From an uncultured Chloroflexia bacterium (lineage in GTDB: Bacteria; Chloroflexota; Limnocylindria; Limnocylindrales; CSP1-4), in NCBI GenBank assembly GCA_963746845.1, contig CAVVCZ010000006.1, positions 320,001 through 384,000 of the forward strand: a stretch of DNA of 64,000 nucleotides. Reading direction: 5' to 3'. This document shows positions 37,829-46,735 of this stretch, piece after piece; position 1 is the stretch's first letter; each line of letters begins with the position of its first letter. Under the pieces are notes generated by a model. That model worked only from the letters and a program-made list of their open reading frames with translations, did no database searches and was not told where the DNA came from. Made by a program: the position numbers and the translations under genes.

Positions 37829-40192
37829 TCATTCGACGGCGGTGCCGGTCAGGTAATGATGCCGCTCCACGAGCTCGACGACGGGTCCGACGAGCGCCAG
37901 GTCCGCGCTGAGCGGCAGGTCGTCCGACGAGCGCCCGACGAAGACCCGGATCGTGCCGGGCTCGACGACGCGACGGTACCCGGCGTCGACGTACGCGAGC
38001 TGCTCCGTGGACAGCCGGAACGTCACCGTCCGGCATTCGCCCGGGGCCAGGTGGACCCGCTGGAAGCCGCGCAGCTCGATGACGGGCCGCGCGACCGAGG
38101 CCTCCTCGTCCCGGATGTAGAGCTGGACGACCTCGTCGCCGGCCCGCGCGCCGGTGTTCGTGACGTCGACGGAGATCGCCGCCGTGTCGCCGGCCGTCTC
38201 GAGGAGCGTCCGGTCGACCCGGAGATGATCGATCGTGAACGACGTGTACGACCGTCCATGGCCGAAGGGCCAGAGGGGCGCCACCGAGCCGTCGACGTAG
38301 TCGATCTTCCAGTTCGACCTGCCGCCTGTGGGGTGGTGCCGGTACGTCTGCGGGATCTGGCCGACGTGGCGGGGCATCGTGATCGGCAGCCGGCCACCCG
38401 GGTCGACGTCGCCCGCAAGGACGTCGGCGATCGCCGTCGGCCCGGCCTCGCCAGGGACCCAGGCGAGGACCACTGCGGCGCACTCCCCGGCGCCTCGCTC
38501 GAGGGCGAGCGGGCGACCGCTGACGATCACCAGCACGGTCGGCGTGCCGGTCGCGACGACTGCATCGAGGAGCTCCTGCTGCCGCCCGAGCAGGCCCAGG
38601 TCGCGGCGGTCCCGCGACTCGCCGGTGGTGGCATCCATCGTCAGCCCGGACCGCTCGCCGACGACGACGATCGCCACGTCGGCGCCACGTGCGGTCACGG
38701 CAGCCTCCGCGATCTGGGCATCCGTCCCGTCGCGCAGGCCGGACCCGACCGCATGTACGACCCGGTCGGCGCCGAATCGCTCGCGGATCCCGGCGAGGAT
38801 GGTCCTGTGGCCGGACAGCTCGTCGACCGGGTTGATGACCTCGCTCGAGGGGAAGCCGAACGGGTTGGCGTGGTGTCGGAGCTCGGCGAGGGTCTCGATG
38901 TGGGGCAGGTGCGCGTAATCGCCGAGCAGGTCGCGGGCGCTGTCGGCGATCGGCCCGATCACCGCGATCCGACCGACGTCCGGCGCGAGCGGGAGGATGC
39001 CGTCGTTCTCGACGAGGACGATCGAGCGTCGGGCGAGGTCGAGGGCGAGGCGCTGCTCCTCGACGAGCAGCGCCGCGAGCGCGTCGGCCTCGGGTGCATC
39101 CACGTACGGTCGCTCGAACAGACCGAGCCGGAACTTCAGCCGGAGCGACCGCTCGACGGCGACGTCGACGACACCGATGTCCAGGCGACCGTCGGCGATC
39201 GCCGCCCGGAGCGGACCGCCGAAGCCCGCGGTCGTCGGCAGCTCGTTGTCCATGCCCGCCCGGAGGGCCATCGCCGCGGCCGTGCCGAGGTCGCCCGTGA
39301 GGCGGTGCTCGCCGACGAGCATCTGGACGGCCGTGTAGTCCGAGGCGACCACGCCGTCGAACCCCCACTCGCCACGGAGGATCGTCGTCAGCAGCTCGTG
39401 CGAGACATGGCACGGCACGCCGTCGACGTCGCAGTACGCCGGCATGACGCTGGCGAGACCGGTCGCCCGGATGGCGGCCTCGAACGGAAGCAGCTGTTCG
39501 TCACGGAGCTCGCGAGGGCCGACATGAACGGGGGCCTGGTTCAGGCCGCCCTCCGCGAGACCGTGTCCGACCAGGTGCTTCGCCGTTGCCGCGACGCCCA
39601 CCCGGAGGTCATCGCCCTGGATGCCCCGGACATACGCGCAGCCGAGGGCGGTGGCGAGGTACGGGTCCTCGCCGTACGTCTCCTCGATCCGGCCCCAGCG
39701 TGGGTCGCGCGTGATGTCGAGCACCGGCGCCAGCGCCACCCGCGCCCCGATGGCCAGCATCCGCCGGCGGATCGTCGTCGCGATCGCCTCGACCAGATCC
39801 GGGTCGAACGCCGCGGCGGCGCCGATCGACTGCTGGAAGGACGTCGCCTCGCGGGCGAGGAGCCCGTGGAGCGTCTCCTCGTGGAGGATGGCCGGGATCC
39901 CGAGGCGGGTCTCCTCGACGAGGAACCGCTGGATGGTATTGCCGGCCTCGGCCGCGCCGGCCACATCGAGGTTCGTGGCACCGGCCACCCGGCTGACCTG
40001 GCCGATCCCGTTCGCCAGGCGGTCGCGCACACGATCCAGGTCCAGATCCGTCTCGCTCGAGAACATCTCGAACGACCAGAGCGATCCGAGCTGGGCCAGC
40101 TTCTCGTCGAGGGTCATCCGCGCCAACAGGTCGGCCGTGCGCGCCTCGATCGGCAGGCTGGCGTCGCGATACCGCGCCTCGACGGTCGTCAT
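37829..40192 (-). CDS. GH3 beta-xylosidase/glucosidase (BxlA-like)
   Basis: MTLDEKLAQL, RDPRWGR.EETYGEDP, KHLVG, VVASDY, EVVQLY FnIII domain. Confidence 0.95.
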   Translation of the reverse strand: MTTVEARYRDASLPIEARTADLLARMTLDEKLAQLGSLWSFEMFSSETDLDLDRVRDRLANGIGQVSRVAGATNLDVAGAAEAGNTIQRFLVEETRLGIPAILHEETLHGLLAREATSFQQSIGAAAAFDPDLVEAIATTIRRRMLAIGARVALAPVLDITRDPRWGRIEETYGEDPYLATALGCAYVRGIQGDDLRVGVAATAKHLVGHGLAEGGLNQAPVHVGPRELRDEQLLPFEAAIRATGLASVMPAYCDVDGVPCHVSHELLTTILRGEWGFDGVVASDYTAVQMLVGEHRLTGDLGTAAAMALRAGMDNELPTTAGFGGPLRAAIADGRLDIGVVDVAVERSLRLKFRLGLFERPYVDAPEADALAALLVEEQRLALDLARRSIVLVENDGILPLAPDVGRIAVIGPIADSARDLLGDYAHLPHIETLAELRHHANPFGFPSSEVINPVDELSGHRTILAGIRERFGADRVVHAVGSGLRDGTDAQIAEAAVTARGADVAIVVVGERSGLTMDATTGESRDRRDLGLLGRQQELLDAVVATGTPTVLVIVSGRPLALERGAGECAAVVLAWVPGEAGPTAIADVLAGDVDPGGRLPITMPRHVGQIPQTYRHHPTGGRSNWKIDYVDGSVAPLWPFGHGRSYTSFTIDHLRVDRTLLETAGDTAAISVDVTNTGARAGDEVVQLYIRDEEASVARPVIELRGFQRVHLAPGECRTVTFRLSTEQLAYVDAGYRRVVEPGTIRVFVGRSSDDLPLSADLALVGPVVELVERHHYLTGTAVE

Positions 40193-41091
40193 CAGCCCTT
40201 CACCGATCCGGCCGTGAGCCCACCGACGATGTGACGCTCGGCGAAGACATAGAAGATCAGCGCCGGGATGATCGAGATCACGACGTAGGCGAGCGTGCGG
40301 GCCTCGTCCGACGCGTACTCGGTCGAGAAGTTCATCACCCCCAGGGGCAGCGTCCACTGGCTCGCGTCCCCGAGCAGGACGAGCGGCAGGATGAAGGCGT
40401 TCCAGGTTGCGACGAGGGCGAGCACGCTCACGGTGGCCAGGGCCGGTCCGGACAGCGGCAGGAGGACCCGCCAGAAGAACCCGAAGGACCCACAGCCGTC
40501 GATCCGGGCGGCATCCTCGAGCTCGACCGGGATGCTCCGGAAGAACGGTCGCAGGATGACGATCGAGAGGGGTAGCTGGAACGCCGCCTGGGGCAGCGCC
40601 ACCCCGAGCGGGTTGCCGGACAGCCCGAGGTCGCGGACCAGGATGTACAGCGGCAGGATCGCGACGGCCGACGGGAACAGCAGCCCGAACACGAACAGGG
40701 TGTAGAACGCCTCGCGACCGCGGAACCGGATCCGGGCGAAGACGAACGCCGCGAGCGACGCGCAGAACACGGTCAGCCCGACCGCGATCGCCGCGACGAC
40801 CACGCTGTTCCAGAGCTGTCCCCAGAACGTCGCGGCGTTCTCGCCGAACAGCACATCGGTGTAGTTCGTGAAGACCCACGGATCGGGCAGGATCGCGACC
40901 GGGTTGGCCGCCAGCTGGCCGTTCGTCTTGAACCCGCCGAGGATCGCGTACAGGATCGGCAGGACGATCGCCGCGGTGACGCCCAGCAGGACGACGTATC
41001 CGATGACCCCTGGAACCGTCGGGCGTGTCCGGCGGCTCATCGGGATGCTCGCCGCGTCCGTGGTCACGCCGGTGGAGGCCTGCGTCGCCAT
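40192..41091 (-). CDS. Carbohydrate ABC transporter permease
   Basis: ELEDAARIDG EAA loop, GLTAGSVKG C-terminus. Confidence 0.95.
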   Translation of the reverse strand: MATQASTGVTTDAASIPMSRRTRPTVPGVIGYVVLLGVTAAIVLPILYAILGGFKTNGQLAANPVAILPDPWVFTNYTDVLFGENAATFWGQLWNSVVVAAIAVGLTVFCASLAAFVFARIRFRGREAFYTLFVFGLLFPSAVAILPLYILVRDLGLSGNPLGVALPQAAFQLPLSIVILRPFFRSIPVELEDAARIDGCGSFGFFWRVLLPLSGPALATVSVLALVATWNAFILPLVLLGDASQWTLPLGVMNFSTEYASDEARTLAYVVISIIPALIFYVFAERHIVGGLTAGSVKG

Positions 41092-41094
41092 CGG

Positions 41095-42027
41095 TCAGCC
41101 GTTGAAGGACGTGATGGCGCCGTCGATGTCGCGGCGCAGGACGAACCGCTGGTAGAGCAGCGCGACCACGAGGGCCAGCAGGAAGAGGATCACCGCGAAC
41201 GCGCTGCCGTAGCCCATCTGCTGCTTCACGAACCCGGTCTTGAACATGTTGACGGCCATGGTCATGGAGGCATTGACCGGCCCGCCCCCGGTCATCACCC
41301 AGACCATGTCGAACAGCTGGAGTGCGCCGATGACCGACAGGAAGACCGAGACGCGGATGGTCGGTCCGAGCAGCGGCAGCGTGATGTGGCGGAACGCCTG
41401 ACGGCGGTCGGCACCGTCGATGTACGCGGCCTCCTCGAGCTCCTTCGGGATGCCCTGGAGGCCGGCCAGCATGATGATCATGTGGAAGCCGAAGTACTTC
41501 CACGAGATGATCAGGAAGAGCGTGAACATCACGAACGTGGTGTCGCCGAGCCAGTCCGTCGCGAACGCGCCCAACCCGACGCTCTTCACGATCGACTGGA
41601 TGACGGAATCGGGCTGGAGCAGCAGCCGGAAGACGATCCCGGTGATCGCCTCCGACAGCACGTATGGGACGAAGAACAGGAGCCGGAACACGGCTCGGCC
41701 CGGGAACCGCCGGTTCAGGAGCACGGCGAGACCGAGCGAGAACGGGATCTGGAGCGCCAGCGACAGGACGATGACGAAGACGTTGTTGCCGAGCGCCTGC
41801 CAGAACACGCTGGACGCGAACGCGGCCTGGTAGTTCTTCAGGCCGATGAAGTCGGTGAGCGGGGTCAGCCCATTCCACCGGAACAGGCTGAAGTGGGCGG
41901 CCTGGATGATCGGGCCGATGACGAAGACGAGGTAAAGCGCGAGGCCGGGCAGCAGGAACAGCGCGATCGTGAGCCACTTCCGGGACCGGCGCGCGCCGGT
42001 CCCGGGGCGGGACGTCAGTGCCGACAT
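41095..42027 (-). CDS. Carbohydrate ABC transporter permease
   Basis: FIGLKNY, LAGLQGIP.ELEEAAYIDGA, ITLPLL. Confidence 0.95.
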   Translation of the reverse strand: MSALTSRPGTGARRSRKWLTIALFLLPGLALYLVFVIGPIIQAAHFSLFRWNGLTPLTDFIGLKNYQAAFASSVFWQALGNNVFVIVLSLALQIPFSLGLAVLLNRRFPGRAVFRLLFFVPYVLSEAITGIVFRLLLQPDSVIQSIVKSVGLGAFATDWLGDTTFVMFTLFLIISWKYFGFHMIIMLAGLQGIPKELEEAAYIDGADRRQAFRHITLPLLGPTIRVSVFLSVIGALQLFDMVWVMTGGGPVNASMTMAVNMFKTGFVKQQMGYGSAFAVILFLLALVVALLYQRFVLRRDIDGAITSFNG

Positions 42028-42055
42028 TCAGCGTCCTCTGCTCCGGCCGGGGAGG

Positions 42056-42084
42056 CGAAGGGGCCGGCGATGCCGGCCCCTTCG
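42056..42084 (-). terminator. Hairpin after substrate-binding gene (mRNA stabiliser or partial terminator)
   Basis: CGAAGGGGCCGGC-GAT-GCCGGCCCCTTCG. Confidence 0.5.
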
Positions 42085-42139
42085 AGTGACGTCACGAGTG
42101 AACCACTCGCGGGACGCGGTGGTGCAGTCGATCCGACGG

Positions 42140-43456
42140 TTACGGGTTGGCAGCCGCGTCCGTCAGGGCCTTGCAGGCCGTGGCCGGATCCGACTTGCCG
42201 AGGAACAGCGCGACGGTCGCATCGTTCACCACGGCGCCGACGGATGGCGGCACGGCCTGGTCGAGGTACAGCTGGATGAACTTCGCCTGGTCGCGACCAG
42301 CCAGGACGGCCTGGAGGTTCGGGTCCGTGATCGAGCCGCCTGTGCCGTTGACCGGCGACATGCCGATGCCGGACGTGTTGAGCTTGTTCGCGTTGTCCGT
42401 GTTCACGAAGAACTTCAGGAAGTCGACCGCCTCCGGCGGCGCGTCCTTCTTGACCGCGATGCCGTTGCCGCCACCGACGCCGTCCGTCGCGGCGCCGGCA
42501 CCGCCGGCCACGCTCGGGAACGGGAACCAGCCGAGCTTGTCCCCGAGACCCTTCTTGTCGGCGCTGTTGTCATTCTGGACCGCCGGCGCCCACTGACCCA
42601 TCACCTCCATGGCGGCCTTGCCGTTGCCGACTGCCGCGGCTTCGTTGGGGTAGGTCGCGCTCGCGTACCCGGCCTGGTACGGGTCGAGCTTGTTCAAGGC
42701 AAGGACCTGGTCACCGGCCTTCGTGCAGGCGTCGGTGTTGTAGTTGCCCGACTGGATCATCTGCTTGAGGGCGTCACCGCCCCCGATCCGCAGGACGAGG
42801 TACGTCCACAGGTGCATGGACGGCCATTTGTCCTTGCCGGCGATCGCCAACGGCGCGACGCCGGACTGCTTGAGCTTCTGGACGTCGGCAAGGAAGTCGT
42901 CCCACGTGGTCGGCGGGGCGGAGATCCCGGCCTTCGAGAAGAGATCCTTGTTGTACCAGACGCCCATCATGCCCATGTCCCACGGCAGGCCGTACTGCTT
43001 GCCGTCGATCGCATAGATGCCGAGAGCGCCGGGGTTGATCGTGTCCTTGATCGATGCGACATCGCTCGTGATGTCCTTCAGGAGGCCCGCCTGAGCCTGG
43101 GCGGCCATCCCGCCGCCCCCCCACGACTGGAACAGGTCCGGATAGTCGGCCGGTGCCGTCGCCGTGAGCTTGGCCTTGTAGGGCTCGTTCTCCAGGACCG
43201 TGATCTTGATCGTGACGTTCGGGTGATCCTTCATGTAGGCGTCGGCGTATGACTGGAAGAGAGGCTTGCCCACCTTGTCGGTGGTGATGTGCCACCAGTT
43301 GATGGTCACGGCCTGGGCCGACGCGCCGGGGGCGGTCGACGCGCCGGGGGCGGTCGACGCGCCGGCCGACGGCGATGGGGTCGCGGAGCCCGAACAGGCT
43401 CCGAAGACGATCGCGGTTGTCGCGAGCAACACCGCAATCCGATAGCGGGATCTCAT
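42140..43456 (-). CDS. Sugar ABC transporter substrate-binding lipoprotein (BxlE-like)
   Basis: VFGAC lipobox, PDLFQSWGGG, WYNKDLF, PTTWDDF; GAGGAGG RBS. Confidence 0.93.
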   Translation of the reverse strand: MRSRYRIAVLLATTAIVFGACSGSATPSPSAGASTAPGASTAPGASAQAVTINWWHITTDKVGKPLFQSYADAYMKDHPNVTIKITVLENEPYKAKLTATAPADYPDLFQSWGGGGMAAQAQAGLLKDITSDVASIKDTINPGALGIYAIDGKQYGLPWDMGMMGVWYNKDLFSKAGISAPPTTWDDFLADVQKLKQSGVAPLAIAGKDKWPSMHLWTYLVLRIGGGDALKQMIQSGNYNTDACTKAGDQVLALNKLDPYQAGYASATYPNEAAAVGNGKAAMEVMGQWAPAVQNDNSADKKGLGDKLGWFPFPSVAGGAGAATDGVGGGNGIAVKKDAPPEAVDFLKFFVNTDNANKLNTSGIGMSPVNGTGGSITDPNLQAVLAGRDQAKFIQLYLDQAVPPSVGAVVNDATVALFLGKSDPATACKALTDAAANP

Positions 43457-43644
43457 TGGCTCAGCCTCCTCAGTTGACAACGGCACGGCGGACGAGTGGC
43501 CCAGTCGGCGATGACGGTGCCCTCCCCGGCGTCGATCCCCGTCCCGCCAGGAGGAGTACCGGCGGGACGGGCTCGACGATCAGCCAATCTGTGGATGCTT
43601 GCCGAAACTTCATCTCCCATGCCGTGCGGTCCCGCACTCCTCCT

Positions 43645-43810
43645 CGAAAGTTGCGGAAACGATGACGATAATTTCGGCTAGGTCACTCTAGAGGCGCCCT
43701 TCGGGACCTGTCAATCCCGGAAATGCGCGCACGGCATGATCCCGATATCGCCACTCAACGGTCCGCGCGGTCGTTCGAAACTTTCGCTGACTGTCGGGAG
43801 TCGCTACACT
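43645..43810. promoter_or_regulatory. Divergent promoters with CGAAA-N-TTTCG LacI-type (BxlR-like) operators
   Basis: Sites 43645-43655, 43666-43676, 43776-43786; minus TTGACA(43709-14)-18-TAGAGT; plus -10 TACACT 43805-43810. Confidence 0.7.
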
Positions 43811-43817
43811 GCCCGCC

Positions 43818-44852
43818 ATGAGCACGGCCGTCCGGTCGGCGCCCCGCCGATCTGCCCAACCGACGACCATCGCGGATATCGCCCGGGACGCGGGCGTGTC
43901 CGTACCCACCGTCTCGAAGGTGATCAACGGAAGGTCCGATGTGGCCGCCGAGACACGGCGCCGCGTGGAGGCGGCGATCCGCGAGCGCGGGTACCAGCGG
44001 TCGGCGGGCTCGCGGCAGCGGGCGCCGCTCCTCGAGGTGATCTTCCACGAGCTCGAATCGGAGTGGGCCCTCGAGATCGTCCGCGGCGTCGAACGGGTCG
44101 CGGGACAGCATCACCTGGCCGTCGTCCTGAGCGAGATGCAGGGCCGACGGACACCGGGTCGCGGCTGGATCGAGGGTGTCCTCGCGCGCCGGCCGACGGG
44201 CGTGATCGCCGTCTTCTCGGACCTCAGCGACGCCATGCGGACGCAGCTCGCGAGCCGCGGCATCCCGTACGTCATCGTGGACCCGACCGGCGAGCCGCTT
44301 CACGACACGCCGTCGGTCGGGGCGACGAACTGGAACGGCGGGCTGACGGCGACGCGCCATCTCCTGGGGCTCGGCCATCGACGGATCGGGGTGATCGGCG
44401 GGCCGGACTGGATCCTCTGTAGCCGCGCCCGGATCGACGGCTATCGCGCCGCCATGGACGAGGCCGGCGTCCCGATCAACCCTGATCTGATCAGCTATGG
44501 CCGCTTCCACGTCGAGGAGGGGGTCGAGAAGGGCCGCGCGTTGCTGCGCCTCAAGGATCGCCCGACGGCGATCTTCGCCGGCAATGACCTCCAGGCGCTC
44601 GGGGTCTACCAGGCCGCCCGCGAGGCCCGGCTCCACATTCCCGAGGACCTGAGCGTGGTCGGCTTCGACGATCTGCCGGTCGCGCAGTGGGTCGGGCCGC
44701 CGCTGACCACGGTCCGCCAGCCGCTGATGGACATGGCGACCGCCGCCGCCGAGACGGTGGTGCTGATGGCCGCCGGGGAGGTCCCGGCCCAGACCCGGGT
44801 CGAGCTATCCACGGAGCTCGTTGTCCGAGAGAGCACCGCGCCACCGGCTTGA
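43818..44852 (+). CDS. LacI family transcriptional regulator (BxlR-like)
   Basis: TIADIARDAGVSVPTVSKVING, PTAIFAGND, LSVVGFDD, LTTVRQP. Confidence 0.96.
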   Translation: MSTAVRSAPRRSAQPTTIADIARDAGVSVPTVSKVINGRSDVAAETRRRVEAAIRERGYQRSAGSRQRAPLLEVIFHELESEWALEIVRGVERVAGQHHLAVVLSEMQGRRTPGRGWIEGVLARRPTGVIAVFSDLSDAMRTQLASRGIPYVIVDPTGEPLHDTPSVGATNWNGGLTATRHLLGLGHRRIGVIGGPDWILCSRARIDGYRAAMDEAGVPINPDLISYGRFHVEEGVEKGRALLRLKDRPTAIFAGNDLQALGVYQAAREARLHIPEDLSVVGFDDLPVAQWVGPPLTTVRQPLMDMATAAAETVVLMAAGEVPAQTRVELSTELVVRESTAPPA

Positions 44853-44980
44853 GGCTGTCGCGGCTGGACGACGCTGGACTGCGTTGCCGGCTGCGCTGCT
44901 CGCTCACGGGCCTCCAAGCCCGCTCGCTCCGCTGCTCCCCGGCGCCTTGCCAGCCTCGCCCTGCCGCGACGAACGCAGTC
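44853..44980 (+). repeat. ~128-nt structured intergenic repeat, copy C
   Basis: GGCTGTCGCGGCTGG...GCTCAC-GGGC-ctccaa-GCCC-GCTCGC...CGCGACGAACGCAGTC. Confidence 0.88.
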
Positions 44981-45262
44981 TTGTGCCGCGGGGCTGTCGC
45001 CGCGCCGCGCCGCGCCGTGCCGGCGCCGCGCGTAGCCCGTGCCCGCCATCCACGGCGTTTCGGTCATGCGACCACCAGGCGGGCGTTCGTCACGCGATTC
45101 GTGTCATCTGATCGCGTGACAGGTCGGATGGCAGAAGTCCGCCCGGATTCGTGCGGGGCCATCGTCGTGAGACCCGCGATCCGTTGCCGTACGACCGGGT
45201 GGAGGTCGGATGACAGAAACTGCCGCGGGCGACGCGGTGCGTGCCGGGATGAAGGCCCCCGA

Positions 45263-46516
45263 TCAGGCCGGGGCGAGCTCCGTCGGGTCGCCGGCGGCGA
45301 GCCACTGGCCGATTGCCTCGCGGGAGAACACCTCGCCGACGACCATCGACGACGCCCCGATGACGCCCGCAAGTCCGCCCAGCGACGAGCGCTGGATCAG
45401 CAGGTCGCGGGTCGCGAGCGGCAGGGACCGGCGATAGACCGTCTCGCGGATGGAGGCGAGGAGCTGGTCCGGGCTGTTGGCGACCCCGCCGCCGATCACG
45501 ATCAGGGACGGGTTGAAGAAGTTCACGACGCTCGCGAGCATCGAGCCGACGAGCCGCCCCGCCTCCTGGAGCATGGCGACCGCCACGGGATCGCCGGACG
45601 ATGCGGCCCGGGCGACATCCTCCGCGGTGACCCGGCCGCGCTGGTCGAGGGCGGTCCGCAGCCGGGCGCTCCGGCCATCGCGCGCCGCCGCCTCCCCGAG
45701 CTGGCCCAGCGCCGCGCCACCGGCGCGTGCCTCGAGGCAGCCGATGTTGCCGCAGCGGCAGACGACCGAGGGGTCCTCGACGACCTGGATGTGGCCGACA
45801 TCCCCCGCACTCCCCTGGGCCCCGCGATGGAGCCGGCCACTGGAGATGATCCCGGCGCCGATCCCCGTCCCGATCTTCACGACGACGACGTCGTCATGGC
45901 CGGCCGCCACGCCGGACCGCCACTCACCGAGGGCCAGGACGTTGACGTCGTTGTCGACCCAGACCGGCGCCCGGTGACGGGCGGCGAACCGCTCGCGGAT
46001 CGGGTAGCGGTCCCAGCCCGGCATGATCGGTGGCGAGATCGGTCGGCCGGTCGCGAACTCCACCGGCCCCGGCACGGCGATCCCGATTCCCCACAGCCGG
46101 CCCGGGACGGCGTGGGTCGTCGCGAGCAGCTGGTCGAACAGCACCTCGACCCGGCCGAGACCCACCTCCGGCCCGGCCGCGATATCGGCCGGCTCGTCGT
46201 GGTGGCCAAGGATCCGGCCGTCTAGCGTCGTGATCGCGACATCGACGCTCGTCGCGCCGAGATCGGCAACGAGGACGTGTCCGGCACCGGCCTGGAACGA
46301 CAGCTGACGGGCGGGCCGGCCGCCGGTCGATGGGCCCGGGTCGCCCTCGACAACGAGCCCGCGCTCGATCAGCTCGCCCACCCGCTGGGCAACGATCGCT
46401 CGCCCAAGACCCGTTCGCTCGACCAGCTCCGAGCGCGACCGCGATCGGCCCAGGCGGATCTCGTCCAGAACGAGCACCAGCGCGTCGAGGGCCTCATCGG
46501 GCAGCGGGCCGACCAT
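45263..46516 (-). CDS. ROK family transcriptional regulator
   Basis: N-terminal HTH and STGGRP, DNDVN..ALGE, GTGIGAG, CRCGNIGCLE; TATGAT 7 nt before ATG. Confidence 0.94.
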   Translation of the reverse strand: MVGPLPDEALDALVLVLDEIRLGRSRSRSELVERTGLGRAIVAQRVGELIERGLVVEGDPGPSTGGRPARQLSFQAGAGHVLVADLGATSVDVAITTLDGRILGHHDEPADIAAGPEVGLGRVEVLFDQLLATTHAVPGRLWGIGIAVPGPVEFATGRPISPPIMPGWDRYPIRERFAARHRAPVWVDNDVNVLALGEWRSGVAAGHDDVVVVKIGTGIGAGIISSGRLHRGAQGSAGDVGHIQVVEDPSVVCRCGNIGCLEARAGGAALGQLGEAAARDGRSARLRTALDQRGRVTAEDVARAASSGDPVAVAMLQEAGRLVGSMLASVVNFFNPSLIVIGGGVANSPDQLLASIRETVYRRSLPLATRDLLIQRSSLGGLAGVIGASSMVVGEVFSREAIGQWLAAGDPTELAPA

Positions 46517-46553
46517 CCCCCGGATCATACCGTTGGACAGTCTGCGGAACGAC

Positions 46554-46578
46554 ACTTTTGCACTTGACGGGACAAAGT
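46554..46578. promoter_or_regulatory. Candidate ROK/XylR-type operator
   Basis: ACTTT-N15-AAAGT 25-bp palindrome between ROK gene and divergent operon. Confidence 0.7.
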
Positions 46579-46735
46579 AGGATGTACAGCAGTCAAACCG
46601 TCCTGGCCTGCTGGCAACCGACCACCCGCCCGATCGCCGATCGGCCACGGGTGGGTGCGACCAGGCGGCATCGCCAGCACTCTAGATCGTCTAGACAACC
46701 GGCCGATCACCTCGTAGGCCTCCGTCAGGAGCTGG

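Noticed and set aside
43320-43365. 18-bp tandem repeat GACGCGCCGGGGGCGGTC (about 2.5 copies)
   Set aside because: Encodes the PGASTA linker of the SBP lipoprotein. It is ordinary low-complexity sequence, not CRISPR.
43453-43620. Possible ~55-codon uORF and anti-SD hairpin in the SBP leader
   Set aside because: Poor codon bias, no motif and no clear RBS spacing. It cannot be supported from sequence alone.
22816-44980. 128-nt repeats as a CRISPR array or IS ends
   Set aside because: Copies are dispersed with no spacers, no cas genes and no enclosed transposase.
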